Of a stretch of DNA of 64,000 nucleotides, positions 18,476-29,957 are shown piece after piece (position 1 is the first letter of the stretch; each line of letters begins with the position of its first letter). The position numbers and the translations under genes are program-made. Source of the stretch: Alphaproteobacteria bacterium (GTDB lineage Bacteria > Pseudomonadota > Alphaproteobacteria > GM7ARS4 > G965262615); assembly GCA_965262615.1 (NCBI GenBank), contig OZ253545.1:288001-352000 (forward strand). The letters are read 5' to 3'. The notes beneath the pieces were generated by a model that was not told the DNA's origin, searched no databases, and saw nothing but the letters and a program-made list of their open reading frames with translations.

Positions 18476-20660
18476 GGCATTTGCGAATTTCAATGATGAT
18501 GAACAAGAACTCATCAAAAAATTGCTGAAACGAGACCCCGTTGATTTGGAGTGTGCCCTCATCAAGGCTCTGTGGTCGGAGCATTGTTCTTATAAATCGT
18601 CAAAAAATTGCCTCAAGCGTCTTCCCAATGAGGCTTCATGGGTTTTGTGTGGTGAGGGCGAAAATGCGGGAGCGGTGGATGTGGGCGATGGGCTGGCTTG
18701 TGTCTTTAAGATTGAAAGTCACAACCATCCATCGTTTATAGAACCCTATCAGGGAGCGGCAACGGCGGTGGGAGGTATTTTGCGTGATATTTTTGCCATG
18801 GGTGCGCGTCCCAAAGCACTGATGAATGTCCTCGCCTTTGGTGAGCCTTCCCATGCGCGCACTCGTTATCTATTGCGCGAGGTGGTGCGCGGCATTGGCG
18901 ACTACGGCAATTGCGTGGGCGTTCCCACTGTGGGCGGCGAATGTCGCTTTGATGCCAGTTACAATGACAATATCATCGTCAATGCTTTGGCGGCGGGAAT
19001 TGTGCCTCATGATGGTCTGGCGTCGGCTGCCGCACCCAGTGGCTCGCTATTGATGTATGCTGGCAGCACCACAGGACGAGATGGCATTGCGGGAGCTGAA
19101 ATGGCATCGCGTCCTTTTCAGCACAACGCCATCACCGACGACAGACCCTCCGTGCAGGGCGGCGACCCTTTTGCTGGCAGACAAATCATGCAAGCCTCTC
19201 TTGCCATCATCAACCGACGGCTCGCTCTGGCGGTGCAAGACATGGGGGCGGCGGGACTCACATCCTCTGTCTTTGAAATGGCTGAAAAAGGTGAAGTATC
19301 GCTCAATTTAAATCTTGACTGTGTCCCTCTGCGGATGCCTTATCTCACCCCTCATGATATCATGCTCTCGGAAAGCCAAGAGCGTATGCTCTTTGCCATT
19401 GAGCCCGCCAAACAAAAAGCCGTGGAGACCATTCTCAATGAATGGCAATTGAGCCATGCCGTCATCGGACAATTTAATGAGGGCAATCGCGTCACCGCCA
19501 CCATGAACGGCAAAACCGTGTTTGATCTGCCCACCGCCATCGTCTCTCAAGCCCCCGTGTATGACCGCCCACAAAAAGACACCAAATTACCTCCTCCCAT
19601 GCCGCGCGACCATCATCTCAAAATCAAAGATGACCCTCATCTCATGCAAAAAAATCTCACATCCATGCTTGGCAGTCATCATGCCGCCAGTCGCCGCTGG
19701 ATTTTTGAGCAATACGATTGTCATGTCATGACCGATACCGTGCAGGCATCGGGAGGCGATGCGGCAATCATCCGCATTCACGACAACGGCAGGGCAATAG
19801 CCCTCGCCTGTGATTCTCACCCGCGCGCCACGGCTCTTCACCCGCGGCACGGCACGGCTCTGGCTGCGTCCGAGTGTTATCGCAATCTGTGTGCGGTGGG
19901 CGCGCGCCCTTTGGCATTCACCAATAATCTCAATTTTGGCAATCCCGAAGACCCTCACATCATGACCCAGCTGGCGCAATCCATTGAGGGACTGCGAGAT
20001 GCCGCCCTTGCCCTTGATTGTCCTGTCGTCTCCGGCAATGTCTCTCTCTACAATGAGACCGACCAGCATGCCATCATGCCCACGCCCGTCATCGGCGGCT
20101 TGGCGGTCATGGAGGACATGACTCAGCATGCCCATCTCAAAAACCTCAATCAAGGCGACCAGATTTTTCTCATTGGCGAATCAAGAGGGGAATTGGGCGC
20201 GTCTCTTTATTGTCACTGTCACCAGCTGGCGCGTGATTTTGCTCCGCCCGAGCCGCGCCTTGACGAGGAGAAAAAACACGGCACATTTGTGCGCCACATG
20301 ATTGAGCAAAACATCACCCGCTGCGTTCATGATGTCAGTGACGGCGGTTGGATCATGGCAATCTGTGATATGATCTGTGCCAGTGGGCAAGGCGTTCGGC
20401 TGCATCGTGAGGCGCGCTCAGAGATGTCTTTGACGGCATGGCTGTTTTGTGAATCCCCCGCCCGTTATATCCTTGTCACCGCGAAGCCTCAATCACTGCA
20501 AGAACAAGCCACAAAGCACACAATTCCCCTCGCTTCTCTCGGCATGGTGACAGGAGACGCGCTCTCCATGCAAGGGGTTTTTGATTGTCCCGTCACCGAA
20601 TTAATCCGTCTTTACTCTCAATGGTTTGATGATTATATTGATGGTAGGGAGATGCCATGA
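18459..20660 (+). CDS. purL: FGAM synthase subunit PurL
   Basis: WSEHCSYKSS, FKIESHNHPSFIEPYQGAATAVGGILRDI, QDMGAAGL, MLSESQERM, VSGNVSLYNET. Confidence 0.97.
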   Translation: MLLKNKAFANFNDDEQELIKKLLKRDPVDLECALIKALWSEHCSYKSSKNCLKRLPNEASWVLCGEGENAGAVDVGDGLACVFKIESHNHPSFIEPYQGAATAVGGILRDIFAMGARPKALMNVLAFGEPSHARTRYLLREVVRGIGDYGNCVGVPTVGGECRFDASYNDNIIVNALAAGIVPHDGLASAAAPSGSLLMYAGSTTGRDGIAGAEMASRPFQHNAITDDRPSVQGGDPFAGRQIMQASLAIINRRLALAVQDMGAAGLTSSVFEMAEKGEVSLNLNLDCVPLRMPYLTPHDIMLSESQERMLFAIEPAKQKAVETILNEWQLSHAVIGQFNEGNRVTATMNGKTVFDLPTAIVSQAPVYDRPQKDTKLPPPMPRDHHLKIKDDPHLMQKNLTSMLGSHHAASRRWIFEQYDCHVMTDTVQASGGDAAIIRIHDNGRAIALACDSHPRATALHPRHGTALAASECYRNLCAVGARPLAFTNNLNFGNPEDPHIMTQLAQSIEGLRDAALALDCPVVSGNVSLYNETDQHAIMPTPVIGGLAVMEDMTQHAHLKNLNQGDQIFLIGESRGELGASLYCHCHQLARDFAPPEPRLDEEKKHGTFVRHMIEQNITRCVHDVSDGGWIMAICDMICASGQGVRLHREARSEMSLTAWLFCESPARYILVTAKPQSLQEQATKHTIPLASLGMVTGDALSMQGVFDCPVTELIRLYSQWFDDYIDGREMP

Positions 20661-20887
20661 ATCAACAGGTGCGCGCCATAGAAAAACGCATCATGGATGC
20701 CATTCCTGATGCTCGTGTGGAGGTCAAAGACACGCGCGGAGACGGCTATCATTATGAGGTGCATGTGCGTTCCTCTTCCTTTGAGGGCTTGAGTCGTGTC
20801 AAGCAGCATCAGCGTGTTTATCACGCCATTGGTGATGATGTGGGACACGCCATTCACGCCCTCTCCGTTCATACACACACTAACTGA
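20657..20887 (+). CDS. bolA: BolA/IbaG family protein
   Basis: GDGYHY.V.V.S..FEGLSRVKQHQRVY, IHALS; adjacent to grxD. Confidence 0.9.
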   Translation: MNQQVRAIEKRIMDAIPDARVEVKDTRGDGYHYEVHVRSSSFEGLSRVKQHQRVYHAIGDDVGHAIHALSVHTHTN

Positions 20888-20897
20888 GGATGAGCTC

Positions 20898-21239
20898 ATG
20901 ACCGATGTCACTCACAATTCAATTCAATCCACCATTGAGACCCACGATGTGGTTCTGTTCATGAAAGGGACGGCGTCATTTCCCATGTGTGGCTTCTCGG
21001 CAATGGCGGCGGATATTTTGCAAACGCTGGATGTCCCCTTTACCGATGTGGATGTTCTCAAGGATGACGGCTTGCGACAAGGAATCAAAAGCTATTCCGA
21101 TTGGCCCACCATACCTCAATTGTATGTCAAGGGCGAGTTCATCGGCGGCTGCGATATTGTGCGCGAAATGTATGGCAGTGGCGAGCTGAAGGAATTGCTC
21201 AGCCAAAAGGGCGTGATGGCTCACGCCTCGCCATCATGA
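20898..21239 (+). CDS. grxD: Monothiol glutaredoxin Grx4
   Basis: VVLFMKGT..FP.CGFS, WPTIPQLYVKGEFIGGCDI. Confidence 0.96.
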   Translation: MTDVTHNSIQSTIETHDVVLFMKGTASFPMCGFSAMAADILQTLDVPFTDVDVLKDDGLRQGIKSYSDWPTIPQLYVKGEFIGGCDIVREMYGSGELKELLSQKGVMAHASPS

Positions 21240-22289
21240 GTTTTTGGGAAAAACAAACACCGAGCATTTTTCAATCAGCACTTGGATGCGCGTTCCCTCT
21301 TTGGGCAAAATCACCCCACTGAGTCTGGCATTGAGGATGACATTCTCATCAATGGCGATGCGCAAATGACTCACCCTTCCCAAAAGCCGCGCCGATAGGA
21401 TGCGACCATAAAGCCCATCCTCACCACCTTCACCTCCCTCACGAATGGTGATGCCATCGGGGCGAATGAGCACATCCACCTCTTTGCCATCGGCAATGGC
21501 AGTGGCGGCAAATTTGCCCACCGCCGTCTTCACGATGTGCGAGTGCACGACGCCAGACAGACGATTCACGGGACCAAATAATTCAGTGACAAAACGATCC
21601 ACAGGTCCAAGCCAAGTCTCGCTGGGAGAGCCCGACTGCACGATCGCTCCCTCATCATTCAAAATAAAAATGCGATCCGCCATAAACATGGCTTCTTCGG
21701 GATCATGAGTGACCAAAATAATCGCCGCGCCACTCTCTTGCAAAAATTCCAGTGTCTCTTCACGCATCAAAATGCGATTGTGAGCATCCAAATTGGAAAA
21801 AGGCTCATCCATCAACAACACGCTGGGTGATGCCGCCAGCGCGCGCAACAATGCCACTCGTTGCATCTGTCCGCCCGATAATTGGTGAGGCCAGGAATGT
21901 GTCAGTGATTCCATGTTGAGGCGCAGCATGGCATCATGAATCCACAATTCCCCCGCCTGCCGCATGCCATTGAGACCAAATCCAATGTTATCTCGCACCG
22001 ATAAATGAGGAAACAGTGCCGCTTCTTGAAACATCATGCCCACTTTGCGGCGTTCTGGTGGTGTCAATAATCCTCCTGCCACATCGGTGACCATGCGATC
22101 ATTGATGGCGATATGCCCCTGGCGGGGCGTCTCCAACCCGGCAATGATGCGCAGCAGTGTCGTCTTGCCACATCCCGAAGGTCCCAACAAACAGGCAATC
22201 TCCCCCGTTGCCACATGCAGCGATATATCCTGCAAAATGCGACATGAGCCGTACCAATGAGAAATATGATGCAATCGCAAGCCGTCCAT
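21234..22289 (-). CDS. fbpC: Fe(III) ABC transporter ATP-binding protein (FbpC-like)
   Basis: [45 protein letters not shown] tail. Confidence 0.85.
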   Translation of the reverse strand: MDGLRLHHISHWYGSCRILQDISLHVATGEIACLLGPSGCGKTTLLRIIAGLETPRQGHIAINDRMVTDVAGGLLTPPERRKVGMMFQEAALFPHLSVRDNIGFGLNGMRQAGELWIHDAMLRLNMESLTHSWPHQLSGGQMQRVALLRALAASPSVLLMDEPFSNLDAHNRILMREETLEFLQESGAAIILVTHDPEEAMFMADRIFILNDEGAIVQSGSPSETWLGPVDRFVTELFGPVNRLSGVVHSHIVKTAVGKFAATAIADGKEVDVLIRPDGITIREGGEGGEDGLYGRILSARLLGRVSHLRIAIDENVILNARLSGVILPKEGTRIQVLIEKCSVFVFPKNS

Positions 22290-23848
22290 CAGACCACCAA
22301 CCGCTCAGTGGATTCTTTTTTGTTGATGGCGTAATTGATGAGCATGACAGGAATCATTCCCACCAACACCAATACGAGAGCTCCATGAGCCACCTCGGAA
22401 AATCGCTCTTCTGACGCATATTGCCATATCCAAGTCGCCAATGTTTCATAATTAAGGGGACGCGTCAGCAAAGTCAAAGGGAGTTCTTTCATTCCTTCCA
22501 CGAACACGAACAACACCGCCGCCCAAAAGCTTTTCTGCACCATCGGCAGATAAACATGATGCACAACCGCGAGCGGTGAGTGTCCTAGAGTGCGGGCGGT
22601 ATCTTCCATCTGTGGCGTGATGCGCAGCAAGGAGGCGCGCATCAAACCGTACGGGATTGCCATAAAGCGCACAACATACCCATAAATCAACCCCACCACA
22701 GATGATAACAAAAGGGATGATGACGGGATGGCGGCAAGAGTCATCATCACACCAATAGCAAGCACCGCGCCCGGAATGGCATAGCCGACAGATGCGGTGC
22801 GCATGATGGCACTCAAGACAGGCGGCGCAGGCGGCAAACAAGACCAAGACAGTGCAAATCCCAACAATGCCGCCAGTAATGATGCCACAAAGGATGTGGT
22901 CACACTATTGAGGGCATGAATCCAAAAATCACCGCTCAAAAAAGAATGAGAATCCATCATCACATGACTCGCCAAAAACCACACAGGAATACCAAATCCC
23001 AACAGCACCAAAACACAACAAAATCCACACGCCGCCGCCGCGCGCCAGCCGCGTAATATTTTGGGCGGCACGGCTTGGCTTTTCATGCCAATGGGATGAT
23101 ATCGTCTGGCGCGCCGTCCAAAAGCTTCCAACGCCATGACGCACAGCACAACAATCAACAACACCAACGATAATTGTGCCGCCGCCGTGGCACTGAACAT
23201 GGTCATCCATGCATCATAAATGCCGACCGTGAAGACAGGCAGAGCAAAATATTGCACTGTGCCAAAATCCGATAAGCTCTCCATCGCCACCAAGGCACAC
23301 GCCCCCGCGAGGGCAGGGCGCAGCAACGGCAGTGCCACTTTGAAAAAATTACGCCACGCACCACATCCCAAAATTCGTCCCGCCTCAAAGATGGACGATG
23401 ATTGCTCCATCAATGCCGAACGGACAAATAAATACACATACGGATACAAAACCAGACTCAAAACAAAAATCGCACCCCCAACAGAACGAATGCCACTTTG
23501 AGGAAATAAATCGGTGTAAATAAAAGCAACAATGTATGAAGGCACAGCCAGAGGCAACAACAATGATGCCTGCAAAAATGTGCGCAAAGGAAAGCGATAT
23601 AAAGTCACAAGCCACGCCGACCCCAGACCCGCCAGCAAAGACATCATCATGACACCCAAAACCAACAGCATGGTGGTGCCAAGATGACGCTCCATCGTGA
23701 TGCGCATGATGTAATGCCACGAATCGCCGTCAGAGGTGAGAGCCAATTGCAGCAGAAAAAATAATGGCGCAGCCACCATCAATGCCAACACCAATGCTGG
23801 CAATCGCCGCCACCACAAAAAGAAATTACTGATCAAAAGCGATGTCAT
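22289..23848 (-). CDS. fbpB: Fe(III) ABC transporter permease (FbpB-like)
   Basis: LPLAVPSYIVAF.Y, LYPYVY, MESLSDFGTV, MKELPLTL..RP.N.ETLA; two permease halves. Confidence 0.88.
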   Translation of the reverse strand: MTSLLISNFFLWWRRLPALVLALMVAAPLFFLLQLALTSDGDSWHYIMRITMERHLGTTMLLVLGVMMMSLLAGLGSAWLVTLYRFPLRTFLQASLLLPLAVPSYIVAFIYTDLFPQSGIRSVGGAIFVLSLVLYPYVYLFVRSALMEQSSSIFEAGRILGCGAWRNFFKVALPLLRPALAGACALVAMESLSDFGTVQYFALPVFTVGIYDAWMTMFSATAAAQLSLVLLIVVLCVMALEAFGRRARRYHPIGMKSQAVPPKILRGWRAAAACGFCCVLVLLGFGIPVWFLASHVMMDSHSFLSGDFWIHALNSVTTSFVASLLAALLGFALSWSCLPPAPPVLSAIMRTASVGYAIPGAVLAIGVMMTLAAIPSSSLLLSSVVGLIYGYVVRFMAIPYGLMRASLLRITPQMEDTARTLGHSPLAVVHHVYLPMVQKSFWAAVLFVFVEGMKELPLTLLTRPLNYETLATWIWQYASEERFSEVAHGALVLVLVGMIPVMLINYAINKKESTERLVV

Positions 23849-24857
23849 CTATCAATCTTAACGCCTCATCGCGATATTGATAGATGGTGACATAATCCGT
23901 TTCAGCCTCAACCACATCGCCCCACGATGCCACAAGTTCAGAGGGTGGCACGAGGGGACGAATGGGATATTCATGATTGTCATCGGCAAATATTTTTTGT
24001 CCCTCATCACTGAGCAAAAATTCAATAAAGGCTAATGAATCCTCTGGGTGGTGAGATGATGCCGCCAGAGCCACCGCACTGATGCTGCCGTAAGCACCGC
24101 CATCCTGAACTGACGGAAACACCAACTCAATGGCATCAGCCCAATTGCGCTCATTGATGTCTGTGTTTTTTGTCATTTTGCCGAGATAGTAGCTGTTCAT
24201 GATGGCGACATCACACACCCCATCATGAATGGCACGCGCTTGGGCTCTATCATTGCCTTGAGGTTTGCGAGCGAGATTATTTTTGAATGCGGTGAGCCAT
24301 TGTCTTGTTTTTTGCGTTCCTTGTTTGACGATCATGGCAGCCACCAGTGCCACATTATAGGGATGTTTGCCTGACCGAGAGCATAATCTTCCTGCAAAAA
24401 CAGGCGATGCCAAATCCTGATAGGAGGAAACATTCACGCCCTTGCGGACGATGGGCACACGCATTCTTTTGGTAACGCCGACCCAGAAATTGTCAGAGCG
24501 ATAGGATTTTGCCACCAATGCCACAATATTGTGCGGCAGAGGTGACAGCACCCCCGCTTCTTGCAATGGCATCATGATGGAGGCATCCGCCGCGATAATG
24601 ACATCGGCGGGGCTGTTGCGTCCTTCCAGCTTGAGTCGTTCCACCAATCCTTTTTTGCTGTAGACAACGGTCACATCCACATCATGTCGCTTACGAAATG
24701 CCTCAACCACGGGCTCTAGCAAAAATGCTTGCCGCGTGGTGTAGATGACGAGGGCATCATCGCTGGCTGTGGGTCGTCCCCACAGCAACCACCCCAATGA
24801 TGCGACCACCAACGCTGCCACCAGAGCATAGGAAAAAAAACGATGTTTAGCTGTCAC
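23826..24857 (-). CDS. fbpA: Fe(III) ABC transporter substrate-binding protein (FbpA/FutA-like)
   Basis: EGRNSPADV, LCSRSGKHPYN, NLARKPQGNDRAQ, N.YY.G, N.EYP. Confidence 0.9.
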   Translation of the reverse strand: MTAKHRFFSYALVAALVVASLGWLLWGRPTASDDALVIYTTRQAFLLEPVVEAFRKRHDVDVTVVYSKKGLVERLKLEGRNSPADVIIAADASIMMPLQEAGVLSPLPHNIVALVAKSYRSDNFWVGVTKRMRVPIVRKGVNVSSYQDLASPVFAGRLCSRSGKHPYNVALVAAMIVKQGTQKTRQWLTAFKNNLARKPQGNDRAQARAIHDGVCDVAIMNSYYLGKMTKNTDINERNWADAIELVFPSVQDGGAYGSISAVALAASSHHPEDSLAFIEFLLSDEGQKIFADDNHEYPIRPLVPPSELVASWGDVVEAETDYVTIYQYRDEALRLIDDIAFDQ

Positions 24858-25590
24858 GGAATGTCTCTAACTGACGAGTTATAGCACATAAATCCTGCCA
24901 CGCCATTTTTTTATGAAGAGGAGAGCGCAAAAGATAGGCAGGATGAAACATCGGACGCGCCTTGATGACCGCGCCATTGTCACCGTGATAATCGTACCAC
25001 TGTCCTCGCAAGCGGCTGATTCCCTCTTTTCGTCCCAACAAGGCGGCGGTGGCAACATTGCCTAAAAAAATGAGAACGCGCGGCGCAACCAACGCAATGT
25101 GACGGCGAATGAACGGCACGCACATTTCAATTTCCTCCAGATGCGGCGTGCGATTGCCAGGAGGACGCCACGGCACAATGTTGCCAATCCGCACTTGTTG
25201 CGCCCCCAATCCGATGGATTGCAGCATCACATCCAACAAGCGTCCGCTGCGCCCCACAAAGGGTTTGCCCTCTCTGTCTTCATCTGCGCCGGGAGCCTCC
25301 CCAACACACATCACAATGGCATTGTCCGAGCCACGGGCAAACACCGTGTTCATGGCAAATTGCTTGAGGTCACAGCCATCAAAATCGCGTATGTCTTGTT
25401 CCAATTGTTCTAGTGAGTCGGACCGAGATGGATTTTCAAGCTTGGGCTCAAAGTCAGTGGCGACAACAGAAGGAGACGATATCCCCCAGTCTCTCACCCC
25501 CCAATCTCTCACACCGCTTGCCTGCCACCACCGCAAGTAATGATAAAAAGCTTGTGAATATGCTTGTCCTATGGGTGTGTGGTCTGCCAT
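24847..25590 (-). CDS. Uracil-DNA glycosylase family 4
   Basis: VGEAPGADEDREGKPFVGRSG.LLD, PWRPPGNRTP, FHPAYLLR. Confidence 0.92.
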   Translation of the reverse strand: MADHTPIGQAYSQAFYHYLRWWQASGVRDWGVRDWGISSPSVVATDFEPKLENPSRSDSLEQLEQDIRDFDGCDLKQFAMNTVFARGSDNAIVMCVGEAPGADEDREGKPFVGRSGRLLDVMLQSIGLGAQQVRIGNIVPWRPPGNRTPHLEEIEMCVPFIRRHIALVAPRVLIFLGNVATAALLGRKEGISRLRGQWYDYHGDNGAVIKARPMFHPAYLLRSPLHKKMAWQDLCAITRQLETFRDS

Positions 25591-25645
25591 ATAAACGCTA
25601 TATGATAGTTGCTGACACAGCACAAGCCACGATTGGAGACAGAGG

Positions 25646-27268
25646 GTGACACGAGAATCCATGCACTATGATGTTGTGATTGTGGGCGCGGGCCCTGCGG
25701 GTCTGGCGACCGCCATTCGCCTCAAACAGAAAGCCAAAGATTCTCTCACGGTCGCCGTTGTGGAAAAAGCCGCCGAGGTGGGCGGGCATATTTTGTCTGG
25801 CGCGGTGATGGATCCGTGCGGACTCAATGAGCTGATTGCCGATTGGAGCAAAAAAGGCGCGCCCGTGCGCTGTGCCGTGACCAAAGACCGTATGCTCTAT
25901 CTCACCCGACGCCATGCCGTCCCTCTGCCGACACCGTCTTTTGTGCGTAATGAGGGCAATTACATCATATCGCTGGGGGAACTGTGTCGTTGGCTGGCAA
26001 CCCAAGCCGAAGAATTGGGAGTGGATATTTTCCCCGGATTTGCCGCCAGTGATGCCGTCTTTAATGACAAAGGACACATGAGCGGGATCGTCACGGGAGT
26101 CATGGGCATTGGCAAAGACGGCACACACACCGAACGCTATCAAGAAGGCATTGAATTGCACGCCCAGCAAATCGTCCTTGCGGAAGGGGCGCGCGGCTCT
26201 CTCACCAAAAAAATCATCGCCCAATTCAAATTAGACCAAAATGCCGACCCGCAAACCTACGGCATTGGCATCAAGGAACTGTGGGAGATTAAAAAGGAAA
26301 AGCATCAGCAAGGCTTCGTCACTCATACGGTGGGATGGCCCTTGGATTCTCGCACCTATGGCGGCTCTTTTTTGTATCACATGAATGATGGGTTGCTCGC
26401 CTGTGGCTTTGTGGTGGCACTGGATTATCACAATCCGTGGATGAGTCCTTTTGAGGAATTTCAGCGTTTCAAAACCCATCCTTCCATTCGTCCACTGTTT
26501 GAGGGCGGCAGGCGTGTTGCCTATGGAGCGCGCGCCCTGACCGAGGGCGGATGGCAATCATTGCCGCGCCTGTCTTTTCCCAATGGCTTGCTGGTGGGAT
26601 GTGCTGCCGGCATGGTGAATGTTCCGCGCATCAAGGGCAGCCACAATGCCATTCGCTCCGGCATCCTTGCCGCCGATTGCATTGTCGCCGCCGCCCGCAA
26701 AAATCAATTGCAGCAAGAAATCACGCAGTATGACACCCTTGTGCGCGACGGTGACATCGGACAAGAACTGAGGCGCGTGCGTAATGTGCGTCCCTTTTTC
26801 CGCTACGGCTTATGGGCGGGGATGGTGCATGCGGCGGTGGATGGTGTCATTTTACGCGGCAGAGCTCCTTGGACTCTTCATCATCACCCGGACAACAAAA
26901 GCCTCACGCCAGCCGCCAAGGCGCGCCCCATCACCTATCCCAAAGCCGATGGCATCGTCACCTTTGATCGCCTCTCATCCTTGCCTCTGGCGGGCGTTGC
27001 CCATGAGGACAATCAACCCGCTCATCTCACCCTCACCGATGAAGCCATTCCCATCAAACACAACCTCGCCCTCTATGATGCCCCCGAACAGCGATATTGT
27101 CCTGCCAATGTCTACGAGATCATCACTCCTGATGGCAAAAATCCCACCCTGCAAATCAATGCGCAAAATTGCGTCCATTGCAAAAGCTGTGACATCAAAG
27201 ACCCCTTGCAAAATATTCAATGGGTGACTCCCGAAGGCGGCGGTGGTCCCAACTATCCCAACATGTGA
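25646..27268 (+). CDS. Electron transfer flavoprotein-ubiquinone oxidoreductase
   Basis: YDVVIVGAGPAGL, GGHILSGA, PQTYGIGIKELWE, RYCPANVYE, NCVHCKSCDIKDP, PEGGGGPNY. Confidence 0.96.
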   Translation: MTRESMHYDVVIVGAGPAGLATAIRLKQKAKDSLTVAVVEKAAEVGGHILSGAVMDPCGLNELIADWSKKGAPVRCAVTKDRMLYLTRRHAVPLPTPSFVRNEGNYIISLGELCRWLATQAEELGVDIFPGFAASDAVFNDKGHMSGIVTGVMGIGKDGTHTERYQEGIELHAQQIVLAEGARGSLTKKIIAQFKLDQNADPQTYGIGIKELWEIKKEKHQQGFVTHTVGWPLDSRTYGGSFLYHMNDGLLACGFVVALDYHNPWMSPFEEFQRFKTHPSIRPLFEGGRRVAYGARALTEGGWQSLPRLSFPNGLLVGCAAGMVNVPRIKGSHNAIRSGILAADCIVAAARKNQLQQEITQYDTLVRDGDIGQELRRVRNVRPFFRYGLWAGMVHAAVDGVILRGRAPWTLHHHPDNKSLTPAAKARPITYPKADGIVTFDRLSSLPLAGVAHEDNQPAHLTLTDEAIPIKHNLALYDAPEQRYCPANVYEIITPDGKNPTLQINAQNCVHCKSCDIKDPLQNIQWVTPEGGGGPNYPNM

Positions 27269-27271
27269 TTC

Positions 27272-29071
27272 ATGAACCGCTCTTCTCGCTTTCTTATCCT
27301 TCTCAATGGGGCACTGCTGGGGATTTTGCTGTCAACAACGGCTGATGAGCCCAGTGACAGTGACAGCGGTCACTGGCTCGCCATGTATCAGGCGGAACAA
27401 AACAGAGATTTGGCTTCCGCCACTTTTTATAAAATGAAACGCGCGGCTCTCAATCCCACCCTGCCTCATCTGGAAGAGGCATTCTACAGCGCGCTGCTGG
27501 CGGGGGATTTTGAATCGGCGGAGCTGCTGGTGGACACCATTCGTTCCGATTCTTTTCTTTGGTATCAATTGCAAGACCAGTTGGCGCGCGATGCCAACAG
27601 TGTCAAAAGTTTCATTGCCATCTTTGCCATGGTATCGGATATCAAAAAAAAGCGGTGGAATGATGCCCAAAACATTCTCAATCAATTGAATCAAAGCCCG
27701 CGCCTGTCAAGCAATTTTGAAAGACGCTTGCGCACATGGTTTCTCATGGCAAAAGGCGAAACCGAAGACGCTCTTTTACTGGTGCGTCAGGATGGTGATG
27801 ATGGCATGCGTATTCTCACTGAGGCTCTCATCAGTGATTTTTTTCATCGTGATGCGGTGATTACCAAACGCCTCTATGCCAACGCATTTCAACGCCTTCC
27901 TGACGATTTTGTCACTTCGTTGCTGTATGCCAATTTTCTCATGCGTCAGCACTTGTGGGATGATGCGGCTCGTGTTTTTCGTCATATCAGCAAAAGCGAT
28001 GAATTGTATTTTATTGCCCGGCAAGGACTTGACTGGACCGACACGGAACATCAGCCACAGCCCACCATGAAGAGCCCCGCCTTCGGACTCGCCCTCAGCC
28101 TCTACACCAACGCCTTCAACAGTGAGCCGGAAAGCGATCAACCCTTTAATTTTTTGAAAAGTTTGGCATGGACTCGTCTCGCCAGCTACAGTGATCCTTC
28201 GTTCATGCCGGCATATTTTGTCGCTTATATGCTTTTGAATAATTCCGCCTACACACGAGAGGCTTTGTCGGCGTTGCGACATCTCAACCAAAATCCACTC
28301 TGGAGAGTCTTTACCGTTTACATCACGGTCACCTTGTTGGAACAAAATCATTTCTTCAAAGATGCCGAAGATTTTCTCCGCATCGCCTTGACTCGATTTC
28401 CCGATGATCGCTTCCTCAATGATAAACTGGGGGATTTGTTGTTAAATTTAGAGGAGTATCCCGAAGCTCTCATGGCATACGATCAGGCTTTAAGCGACCG
28501 TGACAGCTACGACACACTGGGAAGCCAAGACCCTTTACGAGAAAAACACATCCTTGCCGATTTTTACTACGGACGCGCCATCGCCTTGCATCATATCAAT
28601 CGTCTGCAGGAAAGCGAAGAAGCTCTCAAAATCTCGCTGGAATACAAAGGAGATGACCCGTTCGTGCTGAACTATCTCGCCTACAGCTTGATTGAACAGG
28701 ATAAAAACTTGGATGAAGCTCTTGCCATGTTAGAACAGGCACGCTCCTTAGAGCCGGACAATGGCAGCATTATTGATTCCTACGGCTGGGGCTTATACAA
28801 AATGGGCAAAATTCGTGAAGCGGTCACCCTGTTGGAAGAGGCGGCACGCTTGTTGCCTGGCGACCCGGTAATCAATGACCACCTGGGTGATGCGCTGTGG
28901 ATGAATGACAGACCCCTTGAGGCGGTCTATCATTGGCAGCGAGCATTGAACCGCTTGGAGCGAGAAAATAGAGACAAAAAACTGCGCACCACCATCCAGA
29001 AAAAACTGGATGACCCCCACCATCGCCCGCGCCTTTTCAAGACGGATACCATCGCCTATCCCCTTGAATAA
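27272..29071 (+). CDS. Tetratricopeptide repeat protein (conserved between ETF-QO and ispE)
   Basis: VLNYLAYSLI, P.NG.IIDSYGW..YK.G, P.DP.INDHLGDALW; signal peptide. Confidence 0.9.
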   Translation: MNRSSRFLILLNGALLGILLSTTADEPSDSDSGHWLAMYQAEQNRDLASATFYKMKRAALNPTLPHLEEAFYSALLAGDFESAELLVDTIRSDSFLWYQLQDQLARDANSVKSFIAIFAMVSDIKKKRWNDAQNILNQLNQSPRLSSNFERRLRTWFLMAKGETEDALLLVRQDGDDGMRILTEALISDFFHRDAVITKRLYANAFQRLPDDFVTSLLYANFLMRQHLWDDAARVFRHISKSDELYFIARQGLDWTDTEHQPQPTMKSPAFGLALSLYTNAFNSEPESDQPFNFLKSLAWTRLASYSDPSFMPAYFVAYMLLNNSAYTREALSALRHLNQNPLWRVFTVYITVTLLEQNHFFKDAEDFLRIALTRFPDDRFLNDKLGDLLLNLEEYPEALMAYDQALSDRDSYDTLGSQDPLREKHILADFYYGRAIALHHINRLQESEEALKISLEYKGDDPFVLNYLAYSLIEQDKNLDEALAMLEQARSLEPDNGSIIDSYGWGLYKMGKIREAVTLLEEAARLLPGDPVINDHLGDALWMNDRPLEAVYHWQRALNRLERENRDKKLRTTIQKKLDDPHHRPRLFKTDTIAYPLE

Positions 29072-29077
29072 TGCATA

Positions 29078-29957
29078 ATGGTGTCTCACAATTTTCAATG
29101 CTCGGCTGCGGCGAAAATCAATCTGTTTCTTCATGTGACGGGACAACGCAGCGACGGCTATCATCGCCTGCAAAGCCTCATGGCATGCGTGTCTGTGTGC
29201 GATGAGCTCACACTCACATTAAAGCCGCAAAAAAAAGGCGATATCACCCTGACGGTGACAAGCGATGCTGAATTGAGATGGCAAAAAGTCGCACCCGAGC
29301 GTAATCTTGTGGTGCGAGCGGCGCGTTTTTTTAGCCACTGCCATGATGATGTTTTGTCCTCTTATGGGTGTCACTTTGCTTTGCACAAGAAAATTCCGCA
29401 TGGTGCGGGCTTAGGTGGTGGAAGCAGTGATGCCGCCGCGACATTGCGTCTGTTGGCGCACGCCTTGCGTCTTCCTGTTCCGCCACACACCGAACAACTG
29501 GGAGCGGATGTCCCCTTTTGCCTTCATGCCATGCCCGCGTGGGTGGAGGAAATCGGAGAAAAAATCATGCCCTTCACCACACCGATGCCTGCCTATGGGG
29601 TGGTGCTGGTGTATCCTCATAGACCATGCTCCACTCGTGCTATCTTTGGTAGCACCATTCGGCACAGCCGCGCGCTTGCCATGCCGCCTGCCTATGATGA
29701 CCTCACGGCTTTTCTCAAAGAACAAAACAATGACCTGCACCACGCCGCCACCCAGCAAGAATCGTCCATTGAGCAATGCCTGACTCTCTTAAAAGAACAA
29801 AAACACTGCCTGCTGGCGCGCATGTCCGGCAGTGGCAGCAGCTGTTTTGGACTCTTTGCCACCAATGATGAAGCACGCCACGCCTGTCACACCATTAAAC
29901 AACAACAGCCTCAATTGTGGACTGCCAAGACATCCATCATGACGCACGCCCCGCCCA